Assembly: GCA_964509585.1 (NCBI GenBank)
Contig: CAZDXU010000137.1
Coordinates: 1-30,484 of the forward strand
Direction of reading: 5' to 3'
Source: an uncultured Actinomycetota bacterium
GTDB lineage: Bacteria > Actinomycetota > Humimicrobiia > Humimicrobiales > Humimicrobiaceae
DNA: 30,484 bases
The notes under the pieces were generated by a model. That model was not told the DNA's origin and made no database searches. It saw only the letters and a list, made by a program, of their open reading frames with translations. The translations under genes and the position numbers were made by a program. Of this stretch, positions 18,853-28,183 are shown piece after piece; the stretch's first letter is position 1; each line of letters opens with the position of its first letter.

Positions 18853-19123
18853 AACTTTAAATTTGAATCCTTTTAAATTATAATGTTGTGAATTCTAAAT
18901 TATTATTTTCAATAATTTTTGTATTGTAAATATACATTATATTGATGACTAATTCTAATTTATTTTTGACTCAATTGGAAAATGGGTGGTATTGGTAAGT
19001 TATTATCCATCCGATTACCTTATATCGAGTATAATAAGGAGACCATAGGTATTTTGCCGGCTGAGAGATAATCCCTGTTTTTCCTCCGGCGACCCTTAAT
19101 ATGGCAGGAAGAAAAGAGGCTGC
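18853..19123. promoter_or_regulatory. AT-rich divergent intergenic promoter region
   Basis: Lies between divergent starts at 18852 (-) and 19124 (+). TATAAT at 19030-19035 (+) and 18877-18882 (-). No well-spaced -35 found. Confidence 0.45.
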
Positions 19124-20158
19124 TTGTCCCAGAAGAATATAAAAAAGATCTATTATATCACTGAACCGATCGAATGGGTTATTAGCTGGGAGGGAAAATA
19201 TATAGCGGAAAATATAAGGAAGCTATATGGTCTTGATATAAAGCTTTTAAAAACTTCCAGGATAAGGATCTCTCTTATAAGGAGACATATACTTCACTTT
19301 GGTTCCAGGAATACCTATCTTCCTGCAAATTATAAATATGTCAATAAGTCCAATAGTGTAGTGCTGACCTGGTACCATGGCACAGATGATGATATCGAAT
19401 ATATAAGGCTTCTCCCCCGGATATCCGAAATTGTGTCCTTTGTGCATACTTCAAATACAATTACCAGAAATAAGCTGATAGAATGGGGAGCAGACCCGGA
19501 AAAGATAAAGGTCATCCCCATCGGCATAGAACTGGACAGGTTCAGCCAGGCAAATGCAGGAGAAAGATCGATTATCAGGAAGGAGCTGGGGATCCCTCCC
19601 GATTCCATATGCATAGGCTCTTTCCAGAAAGACGGCAATGGCTGGGGAGAGGGGGATTCCCCCAAACTTATAAAAGGACCGGACATATTCTGCGATACAG
19701 TAGAGGAATTGAAGAAGAAAGCGCCTGTATTCGTACTTCTCACCGGGCCTGCCAGGGGCTATGTAAAAAAAAGGCTGGAGGAGGCGGGCATCCCCTATAC
19801 TCACCGCCATTTAAAAGATTACCTCGATATAGGAAGGTATTACAATGCCCTGGATCTTTATGTCATATCTTCCAGGGCTGAAGGCGGCCCCAAGGCTCTG
19901 CTTGAATCCTTTGCATCAGGAGTGCCCCTGGTGAGTACAGATGTAGGGATGGTACATGACCTGGGCAGAAATGGGGAAAATATCCTGGTCAGCCAGACAG
20001 GCGATATCAGGGGGCTGGCTAGTAATTGCCTGCGCATCCTGGAGGACGGGGAGCTGCGGAAAAAACTGATAAAAGGCGGCCTGGAGACAGCGGGGGATTA
20101 TGACTGGAAGAAAGTAGCAGCAAGATATTTCGAAGAGATATATTCAAGATTATTATAA
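19124..20158 (+). CDS. GT4 family glycosyltransferase
   Basis: TTG start after a GAGG RBS. IGSFQKDG, KGPD and Ex7E in SRAEGGPKALLESFASGVPLVST. Confidence 0.9.
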   Translation: MSQKNIKKIYYITEPIEWVISWEGKYIAENIRKLYGLDIKLLKTSRIRISLIRRHILHFGSRNTYLPANYKYVNKSNSVVLTWYHGTDDDIEYIRLLPRISEIVSFVHTSNTITRNKLIEWGADPEKIKVIPIGIELDRFSQANAGERSIIRKELGIPPDSICIGSFQKDGNGWGEGDSPKLIKGPDIFCDTVEELKKKAPVFVLLTGPARGYVKKRLEEAGIPYTHRHLKDYLDIGRYYNALDLYVISSRAEGGPKALLESFASGVPLVSTDVGMVHDLGRNGENILVSQTGDIRGLASNCLRILEDGELRKKLIKGGLETAGDYDWKKVAARYFEEIYSRLL

Positions 20159-20178
20159 CCTGACATTTTTTAGAAGAA

Positions 20179-21153
20179 ATGATCTTTATTCCGTTCAATG
20201 ACAGCATAAAAGGGATCGGTGGGCCATCTACCTTCATGAGGGATCTCCGCCGGCGCCTGATGGCGGCAGGCTATCCATTCCTGGAAGACCCGGAAAGGAT
20301 CCATGAAGCAGGCGGCATATTTTTCCCGATCTCATATGATAAAAAAATATTGGAGTTTTTCAAGAAAAGGGGCCTTCCGGTCATCCAGAGGCTGGACGGC
20401 GTCTATTATCCTTCAAAACACGGCATCAAATACCTTTATTACAACCGGGATATAAAGCTGGATTATTTAAAATATTCCGATCTCATTATATTCCAGAGCA
20501 AATACAGCAGGCTGGAATGTTTTACTATTATGGGGGAGATACCTGAAGAAAGATACAGGATAATATATAATGGCACAGATAAGAAGACTTTTTATCCAGG
20601 CACCAGGGAATTCAATAAAGACCGGATAACTTTTACGGCTACGGGCTCATTCAGGAACAGGGATATGCTGGAGCCTTCGGTAAGGGCATTGGACGAAGTC
20701 TCAAAAGACTATAATATTATATTCAAGATAATAGGTCCCATAACCGGCAGGGCTGTCGAGGCATTGACAAAAAGGGATTATATAAAGTGCCTTGGCAGTA
20801 TGGGAAAGGAAGAGATCGCGGATGAGCTTAGAAATACCGATATATTTATCCATTGCCAGCTTAATCCCGCATGTCCCAATTCTGTCATAGAGGCTTTATC
20901 ATGCGGGTTGCCCGTGGCGGGATTCGATACCGGTGCCATGAAGGAAATAGTACATTTTTGTCCCGACCTACTGGCTCATGTATCCGGTGATGTATTTCAG
21001 AGATATGAGGATTTTGATCATTTGAAGCTTCTGGAAAAGATAAAGCTGTGCATAGCCGAATATGGTAAATACAGGAAGGTATTTTTGCAAAACTCGCATA
21101 GCTTTGACCTTGGTGACACCTGCAATGAGTATATGGAGGTCTTCGATCTATAA
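20179..21153 (+). CDS. GT4 family glycosyltransferase
   Basis: IGGPSTF, QRLDGVYY, IIFQSKY, CPNSVIEALSCGLPVAGFDTG. Confidence 0.88.
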   Translation: MIFIPFNDSIKGIGGPSTFMRDLRRRLMAAGYPFLEDPERIHEAGGIFFPISYDKKILEFFKKRGLPVIQRLDGVYYPSKHGIKYLYYNRDIKLDYLKYSDLIIFQSKYSRLECFTIMGEIPEERYRIIYNGTDKKTFYPGTREFNKDRITFTATGSFRNRDMLEPSVRALDEVSKDYNIIFKIIGPITGRAVEALTKRDYIKCLGSMGKEEIADELRNTDIFIHCQLNPACPNSVIEALSCGLPVAGFDTGAMKEIVHFCPDLLAHVSGDVFQRYEDFDHLKLLEKIKLCIAEYGKYRKVFLQNSHSFDLGDTCNEYMEVFDL

Positions 21154-22633
21154 TAAAAAGTCAGAAGAACAGAAAGAAACGGCAATAAGGAATATCGCAT
21201 TTGACGGCCGGGATTATAAGGTTATCGTCTCAAGGAATAGACCAGCCGGCCCTTTAGTACCCAGGATAGTGGTAGTGGGATATCAACCCAATAAAAATGC
21301 ATCCAGGCTGCTGGAGCTCTGCATAAAGACCATAAAGAAGTTTACCTTACCGGATTATGAATTATGGATAGTGGATAATAATTCTCCCTGGAAGCATACG
21401 GCATGGCTGAAAGAGATCAATGGAATAAATACGGCCCTTATAAGGACAGAACCGAAGGGGGGCGCTTCATATGCAAACGGACTGGCACTTGAGATAGCTG
21501 TCCGGTTAATAGGACCGGATGCCAGGTTTTTAATGAGCCTGCATGAGGATACCGCGGTCTGCAGGTATGGCTGGCTGAAATACATGGTCTCAAAATTGTC
21601 CGGTGATGTAAAAGCGGCGGGTTTCCATCTTTCAAAGTCAAGGATACCGGAGGGCGTCCTCCATGTAGACGGCTATATAATAGACCTCCAGGTATTCAGG
21701 AAACTGGGACTTAGCTATATGCCCCGGCTGCCTGATTTTGATGTTGGCGATAAGGCGATATATAAATTAACTGAAAATGGCTATAAGACCTTCTGTACCC
21801 CCAATACTTTTAATGACAGTATTCTTTGCGGCAGCATACCTGAGACCCTTGAGATGCATCATCTGAATACTACCAGGTCGTTCAATGATTCTGGCGAGGT
21901 CATCTATATGCATCTGGGAAGGGGCATCCCGAAAGCCAGGGGAGAGTATAAAAATAAGGAAAAAAGTTCATCAGAGCAATGGATCGATTATGTAAAGAGC
22001 AGCCTGCTGTCAGAACCTCAGCTCCAGCGCATAGAAGAAGACCTGATTGACGGATTTGATTTCTACAGGTTTTCCATCAGTGATTTTTATTTCATAAATG
22101 CGTTTAGAAGTTTCTATCCTTTTATAAAAAGACAAAAAGGCCTTTCTGCCGCAGGAAATATCTCTTCCCTGAAAGAATATCTTGGAGACATAAGCATAAT
22201 GGATCTGAAGGACAAAGATCTCTTTAATAAAAAAATCGGTCTTATTGCATATCACGGAACAGGCTGCCATCAAGAAGACGCGGGAAAGATAATAGCCATG
22301 GCAGCTGACAGGCTGGAACCCGGAGGGGTTTTTATGCTCACCGGTAAAGGGTGCCCCCAGGAGTGCGGCAAAGTGGTCTCAAGGACCTGGGAACTGGGTT
22401 TCAGGGAGGTAAGATTTAATAAAATGGGGACAGATAATATCTGTGATCTATCTTTAGAATTGTTGAATATCAAGAATAATAATGAATCTGGTATTAAAAA
22501 AAGAAACCGGATAAAAAGAATTATTGATAAAAGATTAAAGAAAATAGCAAGGAAGGATAATATAAAAATAGAAAAGCAATTATTCGATTATGGCAAGAAA
22601 ACAATAGGACATATTATTATAGCAGTAAAATGA
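21125..22633 (+). CDS. GT2-like glycosyltransferase with degenerate methyltransferase-like C-terminal region
   Basis: ELWIVDNNSP, YANGLALE and LHED in the N-half. RLEPGGVFML in the C-terminal region. Start is uncertain (21062 or 21125). Confidence 0.6.
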   Translation: MSIWRSSIYNKKSEEQKETAIRNIAFDGRDYKVIVSRNRPAGPLVPRIVVVGYQPNKNASRLLELCIKTIKKFTLPDYELWIVDNNSPWKHTAWLKEINGINTALIRTEPKGGASYANGLALEIAVRLIGPDARFLMSLHEDTAVCRYGWLKYMVSKLSGDVKAAGFHLSKSRIPEGVLHVDGYIIDLQVFRKLGLSYMPRLPDFDVGDKAIYKLTENGYKTFCTPNTFNDSILCGSIPETLEMHHLNTTRSFNDSGEVIYMHLGRGIPKARGEYKNKEKSSSEQWIDYVKSSLLSEPQLQRIEEDLIDGFDFYRFSISDFYFINAFRSFYPFIKRQKGLSAAGNISSLKEYLGDISIMDLKDKDLFNKKIGLIAYHGTGCHQEDAGKIIAMAADRLEPGGVFMLTGKGCPQECGKVVSRTWELGFREVRFNKMGTDNICDLSLELLNIKNNNESGIKKRNRIKRIIDKRLKKIARKDNIKIEKQLFDYGKKTIGHIIIAVK

Positions 22634-23898
22634 TGGATTTAAGGTCGATTATAAGGCATTTAAATAATTCCAAGATATCGATATATTTTAAAAGAAATTT
22701 TAAAGATAGCGTATTTGGGATCTCAAACCTATTGATAGCGTCTCTTGACGGGTTTTTCCTGAATGTATTGCTTGTGCGCTATTTGAGTTTTGAAGATCTG
22801 GGAAACTATAAAATATTTTTTTCCATACTCAATATACTTATATTATTTTCAATAAACGGCCTGGGGACTTCCGTTACCAAGGCTGTGGCAAAGGGATTCA
22901 GGATATTTTTTAAAAAGGCGGTAAAGGTCAGCGGCCTCTTTTCCATTGGGGGTACTTTGATAATGATCATCCTTGCGCTAACCTATTACAGGGGAAATGA
23001 TATAAAAATGGCGCTTCTATTTTCCAGTTTTATGGTGCCTGTTTTTTTTGGTTTTAATACCTGGGAACCCTATTATTACGGGGAAAAAAGATTCAAGACA
23101 ATATTTCTGTTAAACACGCTTATAGGTGTTACAAGGTTTGTCATATGTGCAGCTCTTCTGATTATTACAAAAAACTATATTTATACCATAATAGCCTATA
23201 TCCTTACGGTTTCCATATATAATATTATCTTTTATTTCCATATATCCAGAAGGCTGAAATCTGAGACAAACGACGCGGAAAAAGAAAAGGATTACCTTAA
23301 GCACGGGTTCAGGCTTACAGGCTCAAGTGCGGTATCCGTTATTGCCAAGAATATTGAGAGGATAATACTGGAAACCGTTTCCGATGCATCTACAGTGGGT
23401 ATCTATAGCGCTGTGGTGGTCTTTCCCAACTTTTTAAAAAACAGCCTTAAGATCCTGGTAAATGTACCGACTGTCAAACTGGCTGCCAGGCCGGAAAAGG
23501 ACAACCGGAGGATCGTCAGGAAAGGGCTGAGCATAATCTTTGCCAGCGGGATAGTCATATTCGGTATCTTCTGGTTCTTGCTGCCTTATCTGCTGAGATT
23601 TTTCTTTAAGATAGATGACCCCCAGATAATATTGTATGGAAAACTGCTGCTTATTCCGATTATATTTATGCCGGCAAACCTGACAATAAGGTATCTATGC
23701 AGCTATCAGGGCAGCGGCAGGAGTTTTTTGAAGCTTTTTACTGCAATAGATATTATAAAATTGATATTTATAGCAATACTTATACCGCTTCTGCAGATAA
23801 ATGGGATAATAATAGCGCTTATACTGGCGGAAGCGGCCGCATTTATAATATTAATGACCTGGTTTATCAGAAGTAACAGGAATTTTGATCTTACCTGA
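22630..23898 (+). CDS. wzx: Oligosaccharide flippase (Wzx/MOP family)
   Basis: About 12 hydrophobic segments, RYLSFEDLGNY, KNIERIIL...VGIYSA. Located in a glycan operon. Confidence 0.8.
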   Translation: MMDLRSIIRHLNNSKISIYFKRNFKDSVFGISNLLIASLDGFFLNVLLVRYLSFEDLGNYKIFFSILNILILFSINGLGTSVTKAVAKGFRIFFKKAVKVSGLFSIGGTLIMIILALTYYRGNDIKMALLFSSFMVPVFFGFNTWEPYYYGEKRFKTIFLLNTLIGVTRFVICAALLIITKNYIYTIIAYILTVSIYNIIFYFHISRRLKSETNDAEKEKDYLKHGFRLTGSSAVSVIAKNIERIILETVSDASTVGIYSAVVVFPNFLKNSLKILVNVPTVKLAARPEKDNRRIVRKGLSIIFASGIVIFGIFWFLLPYLLRFFFKIDDPQIILYGKLLLIPIIFMPANLTIRYLCSYQGSGRSFLKLFTAIDIIKLIFIAILIPLLQINGIIIALILAEAAAFIILMTWFIRSNRNFDLT

Positions 23899-23904
23899 TA
23901 ATAA

Positions 23905-24558
23905 ATGAAAAGGATATTGATAAAAAAGCTTTTAAGGATCCTGCTGGACCTGGATAACCGAATCCATTTTCTCATATCGAAGTATTCTGTAAAGCATGAA
24001 GGCGGGCTGCATCCAAAACACCGGCTGACAGGATATCATGATTTCTTTTTGAAGAATATCAGGCCCGGCGATGATGTCCTGGATATAGGATGCGGAAACG
24101 GGTACGGAGCATGCAGGATAGCGGATAAGGCGGGAAAAGTGACGGGGATAGATATCGGCAGTGAGAATATAAAAATAGCACAAAAAAAATATTTCCGGGA
24201 TAATATTGAATATATATCCGGATATGCCACAGTTTACTTGTTTAATAAAAAGTTTGATGTAATAATACTTTCAAATGTACTGGAGCATATTGAAGACAGG
24301 GTCCGGTTCCTGGAGAAGGCCAAAAACCTGTGTAAAAAATACCTCATAAGAGTTCCCATGAAGGACCGGGACTGGAAAGTGCTTTTTAAGGAAGAGTTAG
24401 GTATTGAAAACAGGCTGGATAAGACTCATTTTATTGAATACACTATAAACAGTTTCAGGGAAGAGCTTGAAGAAGCGGGTCTGGCTATCCAGTATTTTGA
24501 GATACGGTTTGGCGAGATATGGTCTGTGGTAATAAAAAGATATGAGTCTGAAAAATAA
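23905..24558 (+). CDS. Class I SAM-dependent methyltransferase
   Basis: VLDIGCGNG, VTGIDI, FDVIILSNVLEHIED. Confidence 0.9.
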   Translation: MKRILIKKLLRILLDLDNRIHFLISKYSVKHEGGLHPKHRLTGYHDFFLKNIRPGDDVLDIGCGNGYGACRIADKAGKVTGIDIGSENIKIAQKKYFRDNIEYISGYATVYLFNKKFDVIILSNVLEHIEDRVRFLEKAKNLCKKYLIRVPMKDRDWKVLFKEELGIENRLDKTHFIEYTINSFREELEEAGLAIQYFEIRFGEIWSVVIKRYESEK

Positions 24559-25669
24559 AAAAACAGCCCTGGTCCATTATTGGCTTACAGGCATGAGGGG
24601 CGGGGAAAAAGTTGTCCAGTCGATATGCAATATATTTCCCGATATAGATATCTTTACCCTGGTGTATGATAAAGACAGGATCTCCAGTGAAATAAATTCC
24701 CATAAGGTAACCACCTCATTTATCCAGAGATTCCCCGGGGCAAAGACCAGATACCAGAACTATCTTCCTTTTATGCCGGTAGCCGTCGAACAGTTCGACC
24801 TATCCGGATATGACCTGGTAATAAGTTCGGAATCGGGCATCGCAAAGGGAGTGATCACAAAACCGGAGACCTGCCATATATGTTACTGCCATAGTCCCAT
24901 GAGGTATTTGTGGAATATGTACTTTGATTATATGGATAATGAAAGGCCCGGTTTTTTGAAAAGGAATTTTATAAGCTGGTACTTCAATTATCTGAGATTA
25001 TGGGACCTGGCTTCTGCATCCAGGGTAGATCATTTCGTGTGCAATTCAGATAATGTGAGAAAAAGGATAAAGAAGTATTACCGCAGGGAGGCCGAAGTGA
25101 TCTATCCTCCGGTGGATATAGAAAAATACAGGCCCGGTGGCCAAAAAAAGGATTACTACCTCATAGTGAGCCAGCTGGTATCATATAAGAGGATAGACCT
25201 GGCAGTCAGGGCATTCAATAAGCTGGGAAAAGAGCTCATTATAATAGGAAAGGGGCCGGAGCTTAATAAGCTGAAGAGGGAGGCCGGACCCAATATAAGG
25301 TTTCATGGCTGGATAGAGAATTCCGAACTTGCCCGGTATTATGCGGAGGCAAAAGCTTTTGTCTTTCCAGGCGAGGAAGATTTCGGGATCACTCCGGTAG
25401 AGGCGCAGGCCTGCGGAACCCCCGTGATCGGATTTGGGAGGGGCGGCCTGCTGGAGACGGTCATCGATGGAAAGACCGGGGTATTTTTTGAAAGACAGGA
25501 ACCGGAAAACATAATCGATGCCGTAAAAAGATTTGAGTCGTCAGAAAACAGTTTTGATAAGAAGGATATAAGGGATAATGCTGTCAGATTCGGCAAAGAA
25601 GTATTTGAAGAAAGATTTAAAGGTTTTGCCGAATCAAGCTATAAGGAGCATTCCCTGACATATGGATGA
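24542..25669 (+). CDS. GT4 glycosyltransferase (WbaZ-like mannosyltransferase group)
   Basis: VHYWLTGMRGGEKV, CYCHSPMRYLW, YKRIDLAV, EDFGITPVEAQACGTPVI. Confidence 0.92.
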   Translation: MSLKNKKTALVHYWLTGMRGGEKVVQSICNIFPDIDIFTLVYDKDRISSEINSHKVTTSFIQRFPGAKTRYQNYLPFMPVAVEQFDLSGYDLVISSESGIAKGVITKPETCHICYCHSPMRYLWNMYFDYMDNERPGFLKRNFISWYFNYLRLWDLASASRVDHFVCNSDNVRKRIKKYYRREAEVIYPPVDIEKYRPGGQKKDYYLIVSQLVSYKRIDLAVRAFNKLGKELIIIGKGPELNKLKREAGPNIRFHGWIENSELARYYAEAKAFVFPGEEDFGITPVEAQACGTPVIGFGRGGLLETVIDGKTGVFFERQEPENIIDAVKRFESSENSFDKKDIRDNAVRFGKEVFEERFKGFAESSYKEHSLTYG

Positions 25670-27125
25670 TATATGCCTGGATCAGGAGACCGGACAAATG
25701 ATCAGAGCTGAAAAATTAACCAGAAAAGGCCTGTTCTTCGGGCTTTCGCTGCTGATAAGCGATATTCTTGTCCTGTGCCTGTCCTTTTTTCTGGCATTTC
25801 TCCCTCTGGATCCGGCGACCATAGGCAATAATGTCGGGCTTTATTATATTTATTCCATAATCGGGATCCTCCTGATCATCATCGTTTTCAGCTCCCGAAG
25901 GCTTTACAGCTACCGGTATCTATACAGCGGGATGGGTGAAAACAGCATCTCCACTTTGAGTATCATTATCGGCGTATTTGCAATCATCATACTTAATTAT
26001 TATTTCAACCGGGATGGCTATCAGCTGTCAAGGCTATGGCTGATCTATTCCGCCGTGATCTCCATATTCCTTATAATGATAAGCAGGGCAATCGTAAAAA
26101 GAGCATTCTTTGCCTTTCTTGCCAGGACCGGCGCCCTGACCCGGACACTGGTGATCGGCGCAAACGAGGAAGGAAAAAGGATAGCCCATACATTCAGCAA
26201 AAGCAAGATAGAAAAGAATAAAGTGGTGGGCCTTCTAACTGATGAATATAAGGAAGTATCCGGCAATGAGAAACTGGGTGATTTCAGGATACTTGGCAAC
26301 CTGGGTGATATAACCGATATAGTAAGAGACCTGGGGGTGCAGAGGATAATAATCTCGACTCCCAATCTGAAGTATTTTGACATATTAAACCTGCTGGACA
26401 GGATAGGGGATGATAATGTAGAAGTGCAGATGTCGCCCTCCCTTTTTGAATTCTCTGTCTCCAGGATGAAGATGTTCGAATATATGGGGGTTCCGCTGAT
26501 ACAGATACAGAAAGTCTCTTTTAAATTCTTTGACAGGATACTTAAATCCATAATAGACCTTATGCTGGGCATATTTCTTTTTATTATCTTTGCTGTTCTT
26601 TATCCTGTTATCGGGCTGGTCATAAAACTTGATTCAAAAGGACCGGTGCTATATTCCCAGCCAAGGTATGGCAAGGATTTCAAAAGGATAAAGATATATA
26701 AATTCAGGACCATGAGGACCGGTGCAGACACCGAGAAGAAATATACCAGGAAACTGTACAGCAGGGATTCCGGCTTTAAGCTGAAAGAAGATCCCCGCAT
26801 AACCCGGGTAGGAAAACTCCTGAGGAAGACTTCCCTGGATGAGCTGCCCCAGATATTGAATATTGTCAGGGGGGAGATGTCGGTCATAGGACCCAGGGCC
26901 CTGGCTATTGAAGAGGCAGAACAGCTAAAGGACTGGGAAAAGAAAAGGATGATGGTAAATCAGGGGATAACCGGTTTATGGCAGGTAAGCGGCAGAAGCG
27001 ATGTCGACTATGATGAAAGGATGAAGCTGGACCTTTATTATATCCAGAACTGGTCCATATGGCTGGAGCTTAAGATAGTGGCCCTTACAATTATGAAGAT
27101 GTTCAGGGGGATAGGGGCATATTAA
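25662..27125 (+). CDS. Initiating polyprenyl-phosphate phosphoglycosyl transferase (WcaJ/WbaP-like sugar transferase)
   Basis: N-terminal TM bundle, a Rossmann-like RTLVIGANEEG segment, KFRTM, DPRITRVGKLLRKTSLDELPQ and GITGLWQVSGRS. ATG 25698 is an alternative start with better RBS spacing. Confidence 0.93.
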   Translation: MDDICLDQETGQMIRAEKLTRKGLFFGLSLLISDILVLCLSFFLAFLPLDPATIGNNVGLYYIYSIIGILLIIIVFSSRRLYSYRYLYSGMGENSISTLSIIIGVFAIIILNYYFNRDGYQLSRLWLIYSAVISIFLIMISRAIVKRAFFAFLARTGALTRTLVIGANEEGKRIAHTFSKSKIEKNKVVGLLTDEYKEVSGNEKLGDFRILGNLGDITDIVRDLGVQRIIISTPNLKYFDILNLLDRIGDDNVEVQMSPSLFEFSVSRMKMFEYMGVPLIQIQKVSFKFFDRILKSIIDLMLGIFLFIIFAVLYPVIGLVIKLDSKGPVLYSQPRYGKDFKRIKIYKFRTMRTGADTEKKYTRKLYSRDSGFKLKEDPRITRVGKLLRKTSLDELPQILNIVRGEMSVIGPRALAIEEAEQLKDWEKKRMMVNQGITGLWQVSGRSDVDYDERMKLDLYYIQNWSIWLELKIVALTIMKMFRGIGAY

Positions 27126-27277
27126 TAGAGAATGATAAAATGAGAAACAGAGCCATAATAACCATCTTTATTTGACCACAATGATGATGCTTTTTTCTCC
27201 AAACCGTAAAAAAATCTAGATAATAGACCGGGATAATATAAATTGGAGATATGAAAAAATGGATGACAGAATAGATT

Positions 27278-27306
27278 TTGCTACTATTTTTAAATAATGT
27301 TACAAT
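27278..27306 (+). promoter_or_regulatory. Sigma70/SigA-type promoter with extended -10, upstream of the GerMN gene
   Basis: TTGCTA (27278-27283)-N17-TACAAT (27301-27306), preceded by TGT. Confidence 0.6.
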
Positions 27307-27452
27307 ATAAAAGTTAATATATTTTTATAAATTATAATAAGTAATTCTTGACTAGTATAAGTATTTGTGTGATTATGTTATATTGTAAAAGCTCCAATAA
27401 TAGTAATTATACATAGTAATAAAGAAGCCTTATAAATAGAAAATAGGTAGTA

Positions 27453-28175
27453 ATGAATATTAATACTGGAAGATATTTAAATTCATTATCCAGTTTCCGT
27501 TTGGCCATGCTCTCTATTGCTATGATCCTTTTCTTTCTTATATCCCTGTCAGGCTGTGAAGAATTAACAGGGACAGTCCAGTCCGGGCCTGAAGATGCAG
27601 CAATAGAAGAAGAAGCTGTCGAAGATGACCTGCCGGTAGAAGATGAAAATCAGGATAATACTGACAGTGATGCTGCTCCGGATGAGGCCGATACAGATGA
27701 CCAGGCCGGAGACATTGAAACTGCTGAAGCACAGGATGAGGACACTGATCCAGCAGAAGAAGCACCAGATAATGTGGCCATAAGGGTTTATTTTGCAGAT
27801 GAGACTGGAGAATATCTGGTTGGGGAGTCAAGGACCATTCCTTATGAACACAGATACAGCAATGCGCTGGCTGAGCTTATGAAGCTTCCTGTGGATGAAA
27901 AGCTTATACCGTTAATACCTGAATCAGCTACGATAAATTCACTTAATATAAAAAACGGTATTGCGAATATTGATTTTTCACAGGAATTTGTAGACGACCG
28001 CTTTACTAGTGATACTGCAGACATACTGTTAATATACTCTATTGTAAATACACTGACCGAGTTTCCCGATATAAACGCAGTGGTATTTTTTATTGACGGA
28101 AAAAGGCTTGATCTCCTGGGAATGCTGGACCTGAGTGAACCAGTCTTCAGGAAGGATGACCTTATCCTGAATTAA
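27453..28175 (+). CDS. GerMN-domain lipoprotein with acidic linker
   Basis: Hydrophobic signal ending in lipobox LSG-C35, an Asp/Glu/Ala-rich linker, VYFAD, and IANIDFSQEF...IYSIVNTLTEFPDINAVVFFIDG. Confidence 0.85.
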   Translation: MNINTGRYLNSLSSFRLAMLSIAMILFFLISLSGCEELTGTVQSGPEDAAIEEEAVEDDLPVEDENQDNTDSDAAPDEADTDDQAGDIETAEAQDEDTDPAEEAPDNVAIRVYFADETGEYLVGESRTIPYEHRYSNALAELMKLPVDEKLIPLIPESATINSLNIKNGIANIDFSQEFVDDRFTSDTADILLIYSIVNTLTEFPDINAVVFFIDGKRLDLLGMLDLSEPVFRKDDLILN

Positions 28176-28183
28176 GGGGCAAT

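Noticed and set aside
20860-20900. GT4 lacking the first Glu of Ex7E (NPACPNSVIE)
   Set aside because: This position varies in GT4 subfamilies, so it is not evidence of inactivation.
395-23049. Other A8/T8/C7 tracts (395-402, 6374-6381, 10158-10164, 10920-10927, 14439-14446, 23042-23049) as contingency loci
   Set aside because: All are in frame, short and expected in this A/T-run-rich sequence.
27251-27274. 7-codon ORF MKKWMTE with a GGAG upstream
   Set aside because: Too short to support, and it lies upstream of the predicted promoter with no attenuator structure seen.
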